Assembly: GCF_009914755.1 (NCBI RefSeq)
Contig: NC_060940.1
Length of the DNA: 64,000 bases
Direction: 5' to 3' (one strand)
Origin: the human T2T-CHM13v2.0 reference genome, Homo sapiens
Shown here: positions 1 through 22,206 of the stretch, piece after piece
How positions within the stretch are numbered: position 1 is the first letter of the stretch
Layout of the letters: every line of letters begins with the position of its first letter
The notes under the pieces: generated by a model
Databases searched by the model: none
Told to the model about the DNA's origin: nothing
The model's input: only the letters and a program-made list of their open reading frames with translations
Program-made: the position numbers and the translations under genes

Positions 1-1486
1 TATTTACCCTTTACGAAAAAAACCGAAAGTGATTTCTTCCCTGGAGAGCTGGAGTGCTGGCTTGGAGCATGTGATATGACCCCAAAAGCTGGTACCCTGC
101 CGGGGGGCAGAGGCAGGCTGTGTGTTTGCCGCACTCTCTCCAGGCCTGAGAGCTGTGGGTTTGCATGAGCAGGCCTATGTGGAGGACCAGGAAGGGCCAG
201 GGCAAGGCCAGACAGAAGCAAGCTACAGAGCCACGAGGGGTGGGGGCCGTTGTGCCCCACCCAAGGGCCCTTGTTCCTTCACCAGGTCCTGCTCATCCTG
301 GAGCCCCCCCCTCAGCTGCCTCCACACTCCTGCCATTTGCAGTATCCCACACAGGTGACAGCAAGAGCAGGCCCTGAGGTTTTACTCCCTCTGGAGAAAC
401 CTGAGGCGCAGGCTTGCGCTGGCACTCAGACAGTGGCAGCGTTCAGATTCACTGTGGCGTCCCTCAGGGCTGTGCCCACTGCCGCCCAGAGGGTGGGGTG
501 AGACGGCAGGTGCATGGGGCCCAGGAGGCTGCATGCTCACAGAGCCTCTGTGAAAGGGTGCCTGGACTTCACCCCATTCCTGGAGATAAGTGCAGAGCAG
601 GAGGGGGCTGTAGGCAGCCTGGTTCGTCTGACCCTCTGACTGTAAAGATGGGGAAACCGAGGAACACAGTGGTAAGTGGTTTGCCGGGTGGTTAGAATCC
701 AGAGCTCCTCATTTGTCCTAGCTGTGCGGGAGCCCAGCCGCCTGCTTCCTGTTGGTGCTGTGCAAGGCGTCCTCAGAGCAGTGATCTGATTCTCTCCACC
801 TCCATCCCTGGGTGGTGTGGCCCCTTCCTGGTCCTCACAGCCCCGGCAGCAGTTCCTGGCTGGGGTTCAAAGTTCAGGTAGGGCACTGTGTTGACCTTAG
901 GGGGTGGTACCCACCTGTGGTCCAGTTCATTTTTTATTTGATAACGATCTTTGTTTTCTGTTCATAACCCTGTCTCATGAAGGCGAATGAGTTTTATGAC
1001 TTGCTCTCTCTTGAAGGTTTAAGAAAAATCTATTACCCTGAACTTTCTGTGCCATCCTTGTGGTGCTTCTGAGTCAGCTGAGACATCAGGCCTGCTGTCT
1101 CCTCAAAGGTGGCTAACCCAGCCTTTCTCTGGGACTTAAGTGATAAGTAAATACATTAAAAGATGCATACTTATTTCTCCCTGTAGATATCAATAGGAAA
1201 ACATCCAATCTCACTTGTTGGCATTGTAGTCTCAGTTTTTTACTCCAGTTGAATTTCTCAACCTGTAACCTTGGGTCTTCAGTACCCACCCTCTCACACA
1301 AACTGAATATGGGCAGTAGGTGTGTAAAACAACTTTGAAAAAAACCAACAACAAACTAGACCATACTTAGGAGGATGAATAATATTATCTTAGCACACAA
1401 GTAGTAATACTTCTCATTTCCAAGCCAAGATTAGGAAAAAAATGACTAGAAGAGACTTCCTAATCTTTACTCTGAAGACTTTGTAA

Positions 1487-2284
<798 letters not shown>

Positions 2285-3155
2285 TGGATGCTAAACTTTT
2301 TCACAGGCAGGCCCCGCTCTTTACGCTAGGATGCCCCACGTTGCTGGTCCTCCAGGTATCCCCCGCCCTTCCTCCTGCCCCTCCCCCTTCTGCCCGGCTC
2401 TCAGGCCATCTGCCTCTAAGGCACCCTTAGAGCACTGGCTCTGGGGTTCTGCTGTTTCGCAGCCCCGCGCACTCCCAGATGTCTAAGCCTTCCCAACCTG
2501 TTCATCTCGCGGCCTGTGTTCTAAACAGAAACATCCATAGTGATCTAGGCAGCACGGGGCACCGTGTCCACGTCCAGAGCTCTGCAGAGGGCGAAGCTCT
2601 TCCCTCCTCTGGTTCCCTCCATCCCGCGCCGTGCTGATGAGCAGGCCCCAGCTTCTTGCTCCCATTCCTCCTCAAGGCGGAGTGATGGCAGCGCGTGCCC
2701 GCGTGAGGCAAGAGAGGGGCTCTGGGCCCAGGAAGCACCCCATGGTTACGGCCCATGTGAAGGGGCATCCTTTTCACCCACGGAAGCCCGTTTGTGTGTC
2801 TGTGCTGGAGTCCACCTTTGCCGAGGAGCACCGTGGCCTCGAGCCCGCAGCCAGCCTGCCTGTTCTGCCGCTGGATCTGGGCTGGCTGGGCCTCCTCAGT
2901 GGCCAGGACTGTCTGGTGAGCTTGCCTTTATTTTAAAATAGCACTCTGCAAACGTGTGCACATGAGTGTTTAGTTGTTTTCTGGAGATGGTGTCTGTAGT
3001 TGTGCTGGAGAAAAGCAAGAACTGATTGGAAAGATGAAATTCTGCTCCCAGAGGAGATAATATTTTCCTCCTCCTGAGTCTCCCTCTGGAAGCCAGGACA
3101 CTTCTGCTTGGAATGCGTTCCTTAAACCAGGTGGCTTCTGTTAGCAGCTTCCTGA

Positions 3156-4012
<857 letters not shown>

Positions 4013-4654
4013 AAAGGCACTGTTTTGATTCCCATTTTACAAATGAGAAGACTCAAGTCCACAAAGGGAAAGCAGCCACCCAGGTGGTATCAGGGGCAGG
4101 TTCAGCTCAGCCCCTATGCCCTGCTGGGCTCAGGGGCAGGTTCAGCTCAGGCCTACGGCCTGCTGGGCTTGAGAAGCTTCGCCTTTGTGCCTCGGTTTCC
4201 TTCTCCGTGAAATGGGAGGTGCAGCGTGGTGCTAACGTCTGTGCAGCCCTGGGCACGCCTGGCTCCGGAAGCACTGGCCAGTGGAGGTGGCAGCAAGGGA
4301 TCTGCACCTGTGCACTCGCTGGACCTGCCTTGGGGAGCAGCACGTGTGGGTCCAGGCTGCGAATCCCGACCGGATTCTCAGGGAGGGGTTCTGCAAGGTG
4401 CACCCGGTGGGGGTTGGGAGCTCCTCCGGGGCGTGTTTCCCTGTGACGTAAAATGACCTCTATCCCTGAGCCCTCCCATGTAGAAAGCGGGAAGGAGGCT
4501 GGCCGCTGTGTGTGGGTGTGGGTGTGAGCTGGGTGTGTCTCTGTGTGAGCTGGGGTTTGTTTGTAGATGGCATTCCCGATATAGTCTCACCTCTGAGCAA
4601 GGGTTACCTCACAGGAAGGCAGTCCTGCAGCAAGACTCTTCTCTTTACGGAGAC

Positions 4655-5842
4655 ATCTGTGAACCTGCCTGCGCTCGCGGTTGGCCGTCGTAGAAGCATG
4701 GATAAGCATAGCCCGTGTGAATCTGTGAACCTGCCTGCGCTCGCGGTTGGCCGTCGTAGAAGCCTGGATAAGCATAGCCCGTGTGAATCTGTGAACCTGC
4801 CTGTGCTCACGGTTGGCCGTCGTAGAAGCATGGATAAGCATAGCCCGTGTGAATCTGTGAACCTGCCCGCGCTCGCGGTTGGCCGTCGTAGAAGGCCCCA
4901 TAAGCATAGCCCGTGTGAATCTGTGAACCTGCCTGTGCTCACGGTTGGCCGTCGTAGAAGCCTGGATAAGCATAGCCCGTGTGAATCTGTGAACCTGCCC
5001 GCACTCGCGGTTGGCCATCGTAGAAGCCTGGATAAGCATAGCCCGTGTGAATCTGTGAACCTGCCCGCACTCGCGGTTGGCCATCGTAGAAGTGTGGATA
5101 AGCATAGCCCATGTGAATCTGTGAACCTGCCCGCATTCGCGGTTGGCCGTCGTAGAAGGCCCCATAAGCATAGCCCGTGTGAATCTGTGAACCTGCCCGC
5201 ACTCGCGGTTGGCCGTTGTAGAAGCCTGGATAAGCATAGCCCGTGTGAATCTGTGAACCTGCCCGCACTCGCGGTTGGCCGTCGTAGAAGCCTGGATAAG
5301 CATAGCCCGTGTGAATCTGTGAACCTGCCCGCACTCGCGGTTGGCCATCGTAGAAGTGTGGATAAGCATAGCCCATGTGAATCTGTGAACCTGCCCGCAT
5401 TCGCGGTTGGCCGTCGTAGAAGGCCCCATAAGCATAGCCCGTGTGAATCTGTGAACCTGCCCGCACTCGCAGCTGGCCGTCGTAGAAGGCCCCACAAGCA
5501 TAGCCCGTGTGAATCTGTGAACCTGCCCGCACTCGCGGCTGGCCGTCGTAGAAGGCCCCATAAGCATAGCCCGGGTGAATCTGTGAACCTGCCCGCACTC
5601 GCGGTTGGCCGTCGTAGAAGCGTGGATAAGCATAGCCCGTGTGAATCTGTGAACCTGCCCGCACTCGCAGTTGGCCGTCGTAGAAGCCTAGATAAGCATA
5701 GCCCGTGTGAATCTGTGAACCTGCCCGCACTCACGGTTGGCCGTCGTAGAAGCGTGGATAAGCATAGCCCGTGTGAATCTGTGAACCTGCCTGCGCTCGC
5801 GGTTGGCCGTCTTAGAAGCGTGGATAAGCATAGCCCGTGTGA
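4655..5842. repeat. VNTR, 66-bp unit x18, SPIRE2 intron 1
   Basis: Unit atctgtgaacctgcccgcactcgcggttggccgtcgtagaagcgtggataagcatagcccgtgtga; successive starts at 4655, 4721, etc. Confidence 0.97.
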
Positions 5843-6477
5843 TTTTTCGCTGAGCCCTGGCTTGGGCAGCTCTTGCAAGTTCTGCCTTGTGCTTTTGGGC
5901 AAAGGCTTGGGGTCCCTGTGCTACTGTTGAGATTCGGTTAATGGTGGGAATGTGGCCCCGTCCTCACTGCCACCTTCCAGGCCCTCCTACACCGACTCAC
6001 CACCAGCCTGATGTTCACAGAGAGTAGTTTCTCTGCCCCAGATAGGAAAGAATCTGCTATGTCTTCCTAATTCAGCAACAGGGGTATTGGAGTGCTGGTG
6101 AGAGCCGGCTCCCACAGCCTGTAGGGACTGGTTGGTCTGGTCCTGGTTTGCAGCCCATTTAAGCAAACATATCAGTGGGTCTCAGTGCAGGAAGACAGAA
6201 GGTTTCGGCTCTGATCATTCACTCTGACTCCTCAGAGGGCATTGGGACTCCAGATAAGGTTGAGGCCCCATTTAGGAGGAAGGCGGGCTGGAAACACACC
6301 TGGTAATTAGGCAAATCAGCCCGTGCCGGGGAAGTCGAGGACACCTGGAGGAAGGGCCCAGCCTCGCCTGGCTTCTCTGTCCTCCTCATTCCAAAGACCC
6401 CTTCATTCCAGCGCGTGTGTCTCTCTGGGACTGAGGAGCGGGAGGAGTGCGTGGGAGTAGTTTAAAAGGAGTGTATG

Positions 6478-7908
<1,431 letters not shown>

Positions 7909-8782
7909 TCAGCCCTGGAGCCAAGGCTAGGCCCAGGGTCAGACTCAGCTGGGTGGCCTTGGGTCAGTTCCTCACCCTCTCTGGACCTCTTGGACCGGGA
8001 TTAATAGCATAGCCGCATCGTGAGGCGCATGTGACAGGGGTGCTTCTTAGCCAGGAGAGAGGGCACCTTCTCAGGTAGGATCTGACGCTGTCACCTCTCA
8101 GCTGCTGCCTTTCTGCTGTGACCAGCGGTGGGGTCCCCTTAGGGCTCACCTCAAGACTTGACACACGCCAGGCAGGGGCTGGGTCGGGATCCCTGCAGGA
8201 GCGGAGAAGCGGGGGATCAGGGGCACTGCTGAGGGCAGTTCTGTGGCCAACACACGCCTCCCGGACTCGGGTCTCCGCACGCACCTCCCGGACTCGGGTC
8301 TCCGCAGGCATTGATGCCTGGCATCCTGGGTTCTTGTTGAGGAGGAGGACGCCCCGTGCGGGGGGCGTGTGAGTTTATGGAACGAGTGGGTTGGTCTCAG
8401 CCAGGGATCAGCCACCGCCCTCTGAGACGAGCACTGGCGGAAGTGAGATGCAAGAGGAAGCTCACGGCTCAACCACATGGTTCCCTCTGACCCAAAGAGC
8501 AGGCTCTGTTTGCTAAACAAACACAGACTCCTGGTTTCGTGCGGGCGTTTCTCCCTCTGGCCTTCCATTTGCCTGCTCTCAGCAGCTTCTTTTTTTGTTT
8601 TTGTTTTTTTTTCTGAGACAAGTCTTGCTCTGTCACCCAGGCTGGAGTGCCTCAGCTCACTGCAGTCTCCGCCTCCGGGGATCAAACGATTCTCCCACCT
8701 CAGCCTCCAGAGTAACTGGGACCACAGGCACACACCACCACGCTCAGCATTTTTTTTTTTTTTTTTTTTTTTGTATTTTTAA

Positions 8783-8890
<108 letters not shown>

Positions 8891-10712
8891 TGAGTAGCTG
8901 GGACTACAGGAACCCACCACCATGCCCAGCTAATTTTTGTATTTTTTAGTAGAGATGGGGTTTCACCATGTTGGCCAGGCTGGTCTTGAACCCCTTACCT
9001 CAGGTGATCGGCCTGCCTCGGCCTCCCAAAGTGCTGGGATTACAGGCGTGAGCCACCGTCCCCAGCCTACAATAACTCTTATGGTAGGTGATTTCTCTGT
9101 TTCATCAGCGGGAACCAGGGAAGCTCAGGGAAGCACGGTGAGCCACGGAAGCCACACAGGCTGTCTGATGGCAGATCTGTGTTTGCCCCAGACCACCAGG
9201 CCCCCACCCTGAATTCTAAGACTGACTTGGGTGCTGCGGGCTTACTCACTCTCACACCTTGATTTCTTGACACTCGCACATCCACATGCTCCAAATCAAA
9301 GTGCAGAGTGCAATGAAGGGTGTCCAACAGCCCGTGCTAGGAGTGTTTTTCATCTGTGCAGCAGGCAGGTGGCTCTGTCTCCTCCTGCACTCAGGGGCTC
9401 CCCTCTCTTTTCCTCAGTGTGGGTCTTGGGTTTTCTCCGCACAAAGGGCTCTTGTTCTCTTTCATGGCTGCCCAGTGTCCCTGTGTGCAATCTAGTAGAG
9501 ACGGGGTTTCACCATGTTGGCCAGGCTGGTCTTGAACCTTTTACCTCAGGTGATCTATCTGCCTCGGCCTCCCAAAGTGCTGGGATTACAGACGTGTCTC
9601 AAGTGGACACATCTGTGTTTCGAGTGTTAAACTGTTAGGAGGGGGCTGGGCGCTGTGGCTCACGCCTGTAATCCCAGCACTTTGGGAGGCCAAGGCGGGT
9701 GGATTACGAGGTCAGGAGATCGAGACCATCCTGGCTAACATGGTGAAACCCCATCTCTAAAAATACAAAAATTACTAAATACAAAAAAATTACTAAAAAT
9801 ACAAAAAATTAGCTGGGCGTGGTGGCGGGCGCCTGTAGTCCCATCTACTTAGGAGGCTGAGGCAGGAGAATGGCATGAACCCAGGAGGCAGAGATTGCAG
9901 TGAGCCGAGATCGCGCCACTGCACTCCAGCCTGGGCGACAGAGCGAGACTCCATCTCAAAAAAAAAAAAAAAAACTGTTAGGGATGTCATGGGTGTGTGG
10001 CCGGGTGCCTGTGCCTTCCAGGAGCGTTGGCAGTGGGTGGGGGGCGGCGCTGATTTGAAAGTTGCTGCAGGGTGCCTGCTTTGGGCTGTTGCTAGTTCGT
10101 GCGTCTGCCAGGAATGGGTGTGCTGCGTCCCCCTGTCTGCCCTGGCCCTGGTGCTTCTGAGAGCACTCAGCCTGAGACCTGGGAAGCAGGAAACCCCTGG
10201 AGGCGGGAGAGATCAGAGATGGCTTCACTCACAGTCAGCGTTTAAGCAGCGGCCACGTGCGGGGGTTGGGCCCAATGTAGCCAAATGCTATGGCCTCATC
10301 AAGATGTGTGAGGTCTTCCTCTGGGGGTGGGGTGAAAAGGGGAGTCGTACCCCTTCCCATGCAGAGAGCATGGGCTCCCCCAGAGCCATCCCTGTCCTGA
10401 CCCCAAGGCTAAGAGAGTCAAAGGCAGGGCAGCCTTGGGCCAAGCCTGGCCAGGGGGCCCTGGTGGCCTCACTGCCATTGTCACTGATGATCATGCCTGT
10501 GTGTGTCTGCCACCTGACTTGTTATTCGAGGTAACGCCATGCGTGAGATTGAGCAGGAGTCATCTCTGTCCTGCAGGTGAGGAAGTGAGGTCACAGGGGC
10601 AAGACACCCAGCGCCAGTAGCCACAGGTTGGTCAGGATCTGACCTCCCACCAAACCCCTTGTCGGGCTAGGCTGACGCTCCCAAGCAGATGGAGGCTGAG
10701 GCTGCCTGGTAA

Positions 10713-11519
<807 letters not shown>

Positions 11520-11625
11520 TGAAACCTGTCATCTTTTACAAGCACACACAGGATTGTTTCAAAGAAGACTCCCTAGCATCTTTGTTCTAGTCATTTGTTA
11601 TTTTACACAAAAGAAATCTGAGTCA

Positions 11626-11859
<234 letters not shown>

Positions 11860-12169
11860 TTAGTGGTGGATGGAAACGAGGGGTCCTGGTTCTGCCTCCC
11901 ACCTTAGCATGGCACTAATAGACTTGATGAGAATCTGGGGTCCTTACTGCCTCCGTCTGCTCTACCCTGGAGAGAATTTTTTAGATAAGCAAAAGGTGGT
12001 TTGCATAACCCCATGTGGCCACGTTGGTGACGTGGTTGTGGTAGCTCTGTGGCCACGTTGGTGACGTGGTTGTGGTAGCTCTGTATGCACTTATACCTGG
12101 GTGTTCGGCTGGGTTGCTTGCTGTGGTCTGGCCATGCTCGGTGGCCCAGCTGCCCCATTTATTAGGGGT

Positions 12170-12270
12170 ATGGTCTTGAGTAAGTTTCTCAACCTGCCTG
12201 AGCCTCGATTTCCTCATCTGTAACGAGGAAATTATGGCACCAACCTTTATGGGATGGCTGCGCAGATAGA
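12170..12270. mobile_element. MIR fragment (similar MIR cores near 640, 4030, 7960, 13850, 33920, 42820 and 43110)
   Basis: ctgagcctcgatttcctcatctgtaa MIR core. Confidence 0.7.
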
Positions 12271-12281
12271 GGCCACGGTAA

Positions 12282-13110
<829 letters not shown>

Positions 13111-14223
13111 TGAACATTTAATTTTGATACAACTTTTTTTGTTAACCTATGGAGTATTTGAGCCAGAGGCACAAACATTAAAATTATTCCAACCAGAAGC
13201 TTCCCATGCACTGAGGACCTCGCCTGATGTGGGCTTAGTCTGTGAAGGCACTGAAGGGCCAGCCGGCCACCAGTCAGCCCTTCCCCACAGGGCCCTGGTC
13301 TGTTCCAGGGAGCACCTTTGTTTGGGTCTGATGTCTTCCACCTTCCCATGGCCTCGGCCCAATCACAGCTGCAAACGTGCTGAACGCCCAGCGCGGGCCA
13401 GGACTGCCCAGGCCCTGGGGACCCACACCCCCACCGTGGGCCACACATTGTTCTATGAACTCCACTGATGCGGGGGTGGATTGCTTTCCATTATGTTAAT
13501 GGAGCAGGCTCCCTTTATCTTTGGCAATCTTCCTGGTTCTTGATGGCATTTTGAAAATATTTGTGGAGTTAGCAGGTCCACTGAGCAGACGATTTCATGG
13601 CTTAGATATAGACGCATATATACATCTTACCTCATTCCAGAAAGAATTCCAGGCAGCTGGAGCTCTTGTTCTAGCACAGTCCCACCTGCATGCCCAGTTC
13701 AAGGAAGGCTGTAGAATCGGGTGGATGTTTTGCATCCCACCCAGCGCAGCATCTTGGGAACCCCGGGGGAGGAGGGTTGGGGAGCACAGACCCTGGGCCC
13801 CACGGCCTGGCCCCACTCCTGGCACTTATCAGCCCTGATACCTTGGAGCAAACAGATTCATCCTCCGGTCTCTGTTTCCTCATCTGTGAAACGGGAAGTG
13901 GAGCAACCAGCTCCAGCGTGAGCACCGGCAAAAGGCAGGTTCGCTCCCGGGCCTCCCTCAGGGCCAGGTTTCATCAATGAAATACGTGACTCCAGCTTCC
14001 ACCTGCATTTCCACTCGGACTGTGGTTCTCTAAGAGGCATAAACAGTCTTGGGGGGACATCTCCAAATCGGTGGTCTCAGTCAGATGCCGACTTACCTGC
14101 TCTGCAAAGTCTGTCTCTCCCTCTGACCCGGGGTTTCTCATCTGACTGCTGTGATTTCAGTGTGCACAACCTCAGTCCCAGGCAGGTGGTGTGTCTCATC
14201 TCAGACCACAGGTTCTTTCCTGA

Positions 14224-15775
<1,552 letters not shown>

Positions 15776-16213
15776 CCTACTCCACCTGCCCCTCCTTCAC
15801 TCTTACTCCCAGCCATGTTTCCCTAGGGGCAGCCTCCTGCAGTGCCCGGGACAGACTGTGGGACCTGTTGGCTGCTCTCCAGCCCTGACTCGCCTTTGAG
15901 TGGTCACCATGGAGGGGCTGCTGCGTGGGGCACTGGGGGTCTGTCCACAAGCTGACCATCATCCTTCTGCAAGTAGGGGTTGCCTTGCTCTCCCGGCCCC
16001 TGTACCTGGGTGTCCTGCTTAGAGCCAGCTCGAGCCGGGCCTCATGGGTGTTCGTCCAAATGACCAAGTGGCTGGGCCTGCTGTGAGCTTTCTGGTGTTC
16101 CGGCGGAGAGTGGGGCTGTGGTGTGTGTCCCCGAGGGGGAGGTGGGGGGACAGCAGTGTTTATTGGGGTCCCGGGGATGCTGACAAATAACTTAACTCCC
16201 TCTTCTCTTACAG

Positions 16214-16257
16214 AACCTGCAACCATGGTCGTGCCACTAGCCAGCTCGGAAGCCCAG
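16214..16257 (+). CDS. SPIRE2: SPIRE2 coding exon 2 (44 nt; EPATMVVPLASSEAQ, KIND domain)
   Basis: tcttacag|AACCTG...GCCCAG|gtactt. The peptide matches recalled SPIRE2. Phase 1 in, phase 0 out, which fits exon 3. Exon 1 lies upstream of the window. Confidence 0.93.
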
Positions 16258-16396
16258 GTACTTTTTAAAAAATTCCAAGTATTACTTGATGTGTGTTAAA
16301 ACGTACCTGCATCTTAAAATGTAAATCATAAAACATATATAGTTACACAGTTGTTTCAGGGAGGCAGGGTGCAGATGAAGTACCCAACAGGCTTAG

Positions 16397-17825
<1,429 letters not shown>

Positions 17826-19310
17826 TGTCTTCTGTCTTTTGTAAAAGTTTTTCATGCCCAAGTGAGATTAATTGTTTAAAAAAAAAAAAACAAGAAGAAA
17901 ACAACATAGATTTACCGCAAGACCTATTGATATATTATTAAACATGGTGGTATACCCAGGGTGGGTGTGACACAGACCAAAAGAGGCTGTGTGTTCTGTT
18001 GTTGATAATTTAAAAACAATAATAAAACCGAAGTCTATGTCACCACAAACAGCACTTAACAATTCAGTGATAAGGCACCTGCCACCGTGGAGAACCTCGG
18101 GGCGGGGATGTTTAGACTGCATGCGCTCAGGTTGCCTGGCAGCTCTGTGTGTGGAGATGCCATTGTGCTATACGTAGTGTCCTGGGACGTGAGTGGGGGC
18201 CTGTCTGTGTGGCTGTGTCCGGTTGTCGTGTGTCTCACTGTTGCGTTGTACACGGGACAGTTTACCTTTCTGAAGTCCAGGACTCCAGGGCTGGGAGGCC
18301 GGCTGGCCCTGCTGTCCCGAGTCTCCAAACAGAGCAGCTGCTGCCTACCGCCTGGAAGACCTTCCAAAGGGGGCCTGCCGTGGTACATCTTAAACGTTTT
18401 ACAGAGAGCTTGGTATGCAGGGACGCAGCCTGGACTGTTTGTCTCAGAGGCGCATACGTTAACCTGATCGCCCTGTCCCCAGGAAAGACGGCAAAGGAGT
18501 TCCTTAACGTCTCGCTCCTGGATTCCATGAAATGACTGCACAGCCCCTCAGTTACTGGGCAGGTGTCCTGGGCTGGCAGTACTGCCCACCTGCTGCCCCA
18601 GGCCTGCACCTGCTGTGGGCGGGTGGAGGTGGGAGGCCCTGAGACTGGCTGCCTGCCCAGAATTTTCCTTATGGGAAAGCAAGTTTTTTGCTTTTCAGAG
18701 AAAGTTGCCAGTGACCTGGGCACAGAAGAGCTTTTATGGACGCAGCCTTCAGATAAGAGGCTCGGGTTGGAGTTAACCCTTTCAGTAATGTGATCAGGAA
18801 AAGCAGGGAGTGGCCTAGAGGGGCTGGGTGCTGCTGTGGACCGTGTGGGGGTTGGGGGCTTTGCTGCTTCCTCCCTCTGTCTGTCCTGTGCCACGAGGCA
18901 CAATCGGAGCCACGCGACCAGGGACAGCACGAGCTGAGGCCAGCCCCACCCGGAGCAGGTGGGAAACACATTTCCCGCTACGCTGTCCTTCCTTGCCCTT
19001 CCCTCTGGGAATTTGTGTGAACAGCGGCTCTTCCAGTCGGCTTCCTCACACCCCGCCCTCTGTCACTGTGCCCAGGAGGGGCCCTCAGATTCCTCTCTGG
19101 AGGTCCCTTGCCCCAGGGGACCCCCCGAGCCCTGGCCAGGGCCCTGCTGTCACTGGTCGGGTGTGGCTGTTAGGCCTTGGCTGCTGCAGCGCCCTCTGAC
19201 CTTGATTCTAGGATGTGTCTTGCCCGCCTACAGCAGAGATGAGATAACAGTGAGCCCCCAAGGTGGGCTGGGGCTCCACTCCCACTGATATACTTCCCAC
19301 CAGTGCCCTT

Positions 19311-19926
19311 GCAGGTTCCAGGGCCTTCTGTGGCGTTTCTGCAGGACAGACGAGGCAGGTTCCAGGGCCTTCTGCGGCGTTTCTGCAGGACAGACGAGGC
19401 AGGTTCCAGGGCCTTCTGCGGTGTTTCTGCAGGACAGACGAGGCAGGTTCCAGGGCCTTCTACAGTATTTCTGCAGGACAGACGAGGCAGGTTCCAGGGC
19501 CTTCTGCGGCGTTTCTGCAGGACAGATGAGGCAGGTTCCAGGGCCTTCTGCAGCGTTTCTGCAGGACAGATGAGGCAGGTTCCAGGGCCTTCTGCAGTGT
19601 TTCTACAGGACAGACGAGGCAGGTTCCAGGGCCTTCTGTGGTGTTTCTGCAGGACAGACGAGGCAGGTTCCAGGACCTTCTGTGGTGTTTCTGCAGGACA
19701 GACGAGGCAGGTTCCAGGGCCTTCTGCGGCTTTTTTGCAGGTCAGACGAGGCAGGTTCCAGGGCCTTCTGCGGCGTTTCTGCAGGACAGATGAGGCAGGT
19801 TCCAGGGCCTTCTGCAGTGTTTCTGCAGGACAGACGAGGCAGGTTCCAGGGCCTTCTGTGGTGTTTCTGCAGGACAGACGAGGCAGGTTCCAGGGCCTTC
19901 TGCGGCGTTTCTGCAGGACAGACGAG
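19311..19926. repeat. VNTR, 44-bp unit x14, SPIRE2 intron 2
   Basis: Unit gcaggttccagggccttctgcggcgtttctgcaggacagacgag. Confidence 0.97.
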
Positions 19927-20304
19927 GCTGTGTTCTTGGGCCTTGTCCTGGCCTGACTTTCACCTGTTCTTGTTCTGCCCGGCTCAGGATCAGGTTTCCT
20001 GGGCTCCCAGCAGTGGGTGGTGGGGAAGGAACACAGGAAATGAGAGGCCAAAGGGCCCCCCTGCAGGGCCACTGAGGCAAAGCGGCCCCAGGAAGTGGAC
20101 AGTGCCTGGGGGAGGCGTGGCTCCATCTGCCACACCATGGCCCCCCACCCTGGCAGTGTGGCACAGAGCTGAGAGAGGGGCCATGAGCAGCCGCCCGTCC
20201 TGATCCAGCTTGGGCAGTCGAGACTGTGTTCAAGGGGACCGACCTCTCCATGCCTCCGTCCCTGTCCCCACGTCAGTGTGGCTCGAGGTGAGGTTGGTAC
20301 GTGA

Positions 20305-21041
<737 letters not shown>

Positions 21042-21196
21042 TCATCCGGTCCATGTCTTGCTTGTGCCTTGGTCTCTTGTGGACCGACAGCTGCTGTCTC
21101 CCTGGCCGGGTGCTGGGCCCTCTGCACCCACCAGCCGCGTTCTCCCCGCCCCACCCCCCTGCAGTACCGCCCAGTGACCGCGCCCCTGTCCCGCAG

Positions 21197-21553
21197 ACCG
21201 TGCAGTCCCTCGGCTTCGCCATCTACCGCGCGCTGGACTGGGGGCTGGACGAGAGCGAGGAGCGCGAACTCAGCCCTCAGCTGGAGCGGCTCATCGACCT
21301 CATGGCCAACAACGACAGCGAGGACAGCGGCTGCGGTGCCGCCGATGAGGGCTACGGGGGTCCCGAGGAGGAGGAGGAGGCCGAGGGCGTCCCCCGCAGC
21401 GTGCGCACCTTTGCCCAGGCCATGCGGCTGTGCGCGGCGCGGCTGACCGACCCCCGGGGCGCACAGGCGCATTACCAGGCCGTGTGCCGCGCGCTCTTCG
21501 TGGAGACGCTGGAGCTGCGGGCCTTCCTGGCCAGGGTCCGGGAGGCCAAGGAG
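21197..21553 (+). CDS. SPIRE2: SPIRE2 exon 3 (357 nt; [17 protein letters not shown]...VREAKE, KIND domain)
   Basis: ccgcag|ACC...GAG|gtgagc; 119 codons; CpG-rich; inside ORF 21053..21895. Confidence 0.97.
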
Positions 21554-21786
21554 GTGAGCGGTGGGTGGGGGCGACCGTGGAGGGTCCGGGAGGCCAGGGA
21601 GGGGAGCAGTGGGTGGGAGGGGACTGGCAAGGACGTCTCTTCGTGGACAGAAAGTCAGGTCGTCGGTGCGACTGCCGCTGGCATTATGTATTCCCACTTA
21701 ATCCTCACGCTTTCTTGTTGTTTTTTTGTTGTTGTTGTTGTTGTTTTAGACAGGGTCTCACTCTGTCACCCAGGCTGGAGGGGTAG

Positions 21787-22206
<420 letters not shown>

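Noticed and set aside
4512-5930. 472-aa ORF and overlapping 263-432-aa antisense ORFs
   Set aside because: Produced by a 66-bp (3n) stop-free repeat unit; intronic, no recognisable domain, open on both strands.
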